Shown here: positions 14,614-14,957 of the stretch, in pieces
How the letters are laid out: the number at the start of each line of letters is the position of its first letter
Numbering within the stretch: the first letter of the stretch is position 1
DNA from: a virus
Taxonomy: Duplodnaviria > Heunggongvirae > Uroviricota > Caudoviricetes
Length of the DNA: 14,957 nucleotides
Virus record (IMG/VR): IMGVR_UViG_3300043466_001354
Strand: one strand, 5' to 3'
Notes under the pieces: generated by a model
What the model saw: the letters and a program-made list of their open reading frames with translations, nothing else
Told to the model about the DNA's origin: nothing
Databases searched by the model: none
Program-made: the position numbers and the translations under genes

Positions 14614-14957
14614 ATGGCACGTCCTTCAACAAGAAGCGAATTCAAAGATTATGTTCTTAGAAAGATCGGTGCACCAGTCATTCAGATCAACGTTTCTGAC
14701 GAACAGATAGAAGATCGTATTGACGAGGCAATAGCATTCTGGAGAGACTATCACTACGATGGTAGCCAGATGATATATCTTAAACACGCGCTAACTCAAG
14801 AAGAGATAGATCAGGGATATGTAGAAGTACCTGAGAGCATGCTTGGCATTACTCGTATCTTTGATCTTAGTTCATCGATCTCGACCGGAACTGGCTTCTT
14901 CAACGTTCAGTATCAGTTCGTTTTGAATAATCTCGAAGACATAACCGGTTATAACAT
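14614..14957 (+). CDS. gp13: T4-like neck protein gp13, 3'-partial (not in the ORF track)
   Basis: Own translation: MARPSTRSEFKDYVLRKIGAPVIQINVSDEQIEDRIDEAIAFWRDYHYDGSQ...GITRIF...FFNVQYQFVLN. The LR.LGAP.I.IN....QI.D.ID.A....Y.H.DG N-terminus is characteristic of T4-like gp13. Confidence 0.92.
   Translation, partial: MARPSTRSEFKDYVLRKIGAPVIQINVSDEQIEDRIDEAIAFWRDYHYDGSQMIYLKHALTQEEIDQGYVEVPESMLGITRIFDLSSSISTGTGFFNVQYQFVLNNLEDITGYN

Noticed and set aside
1-14957. tRNA, rRNA, intron, homing endonuclease, transposase, integrase, DGR or genetic-code reassignment
   Set aside because: No supporting signatures seen. The large genes read through in the standard code and end in TAA or TGA.

Overview
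Late (structural) region of a T4-like myophage genome; all credible genes are on the + strand. In order: (i) the 3' part of a long modular collagen-like fibre gene, open from base 1 to 2880 (the ORF-track start at 895 is an internal Met). It has three Gly-X-Gln blocks, two globular inserts (one C1q/TNF-like) and a C-terminal peptidase-S74 autocleaving chaperone. (ii) A small fibre-like gene. (iii) A tightly coupled five-gene cassette of predicted glycan/protein-modifying enzymes: a GH130/GT91/GT108-like beta-propeller, TPR+propeller, TPR+SAM methyltransferase, GT17-like glycosyltransferase+2OG-Fe(II) oxygenase, and HIGH nucleotidyltransferase+PMI-type cupin. (iv) A 1718-aa repeat-rich virion protein. 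(v) The 5' end of the neck gene gp13 (absent from the ORF track). Each of the three larger intergenic gaps holds a T4 late promoter motif (NATAAATA). Main hypothesis: the cassette is a late-expressed, phage-encoded system that modifies (glycosylates, methylates, hydroxylates) the Thr-rich, nearly Pro-free collagen fibre or other virion proteins. Two regulatory oddities stand out: a perfect sigma70 promoter firing antisense into the cassette, and a three-arm alternative hairpin around the gp13 late promoter and RBS. All family assignments come from motif recognition by eye, not database searches.
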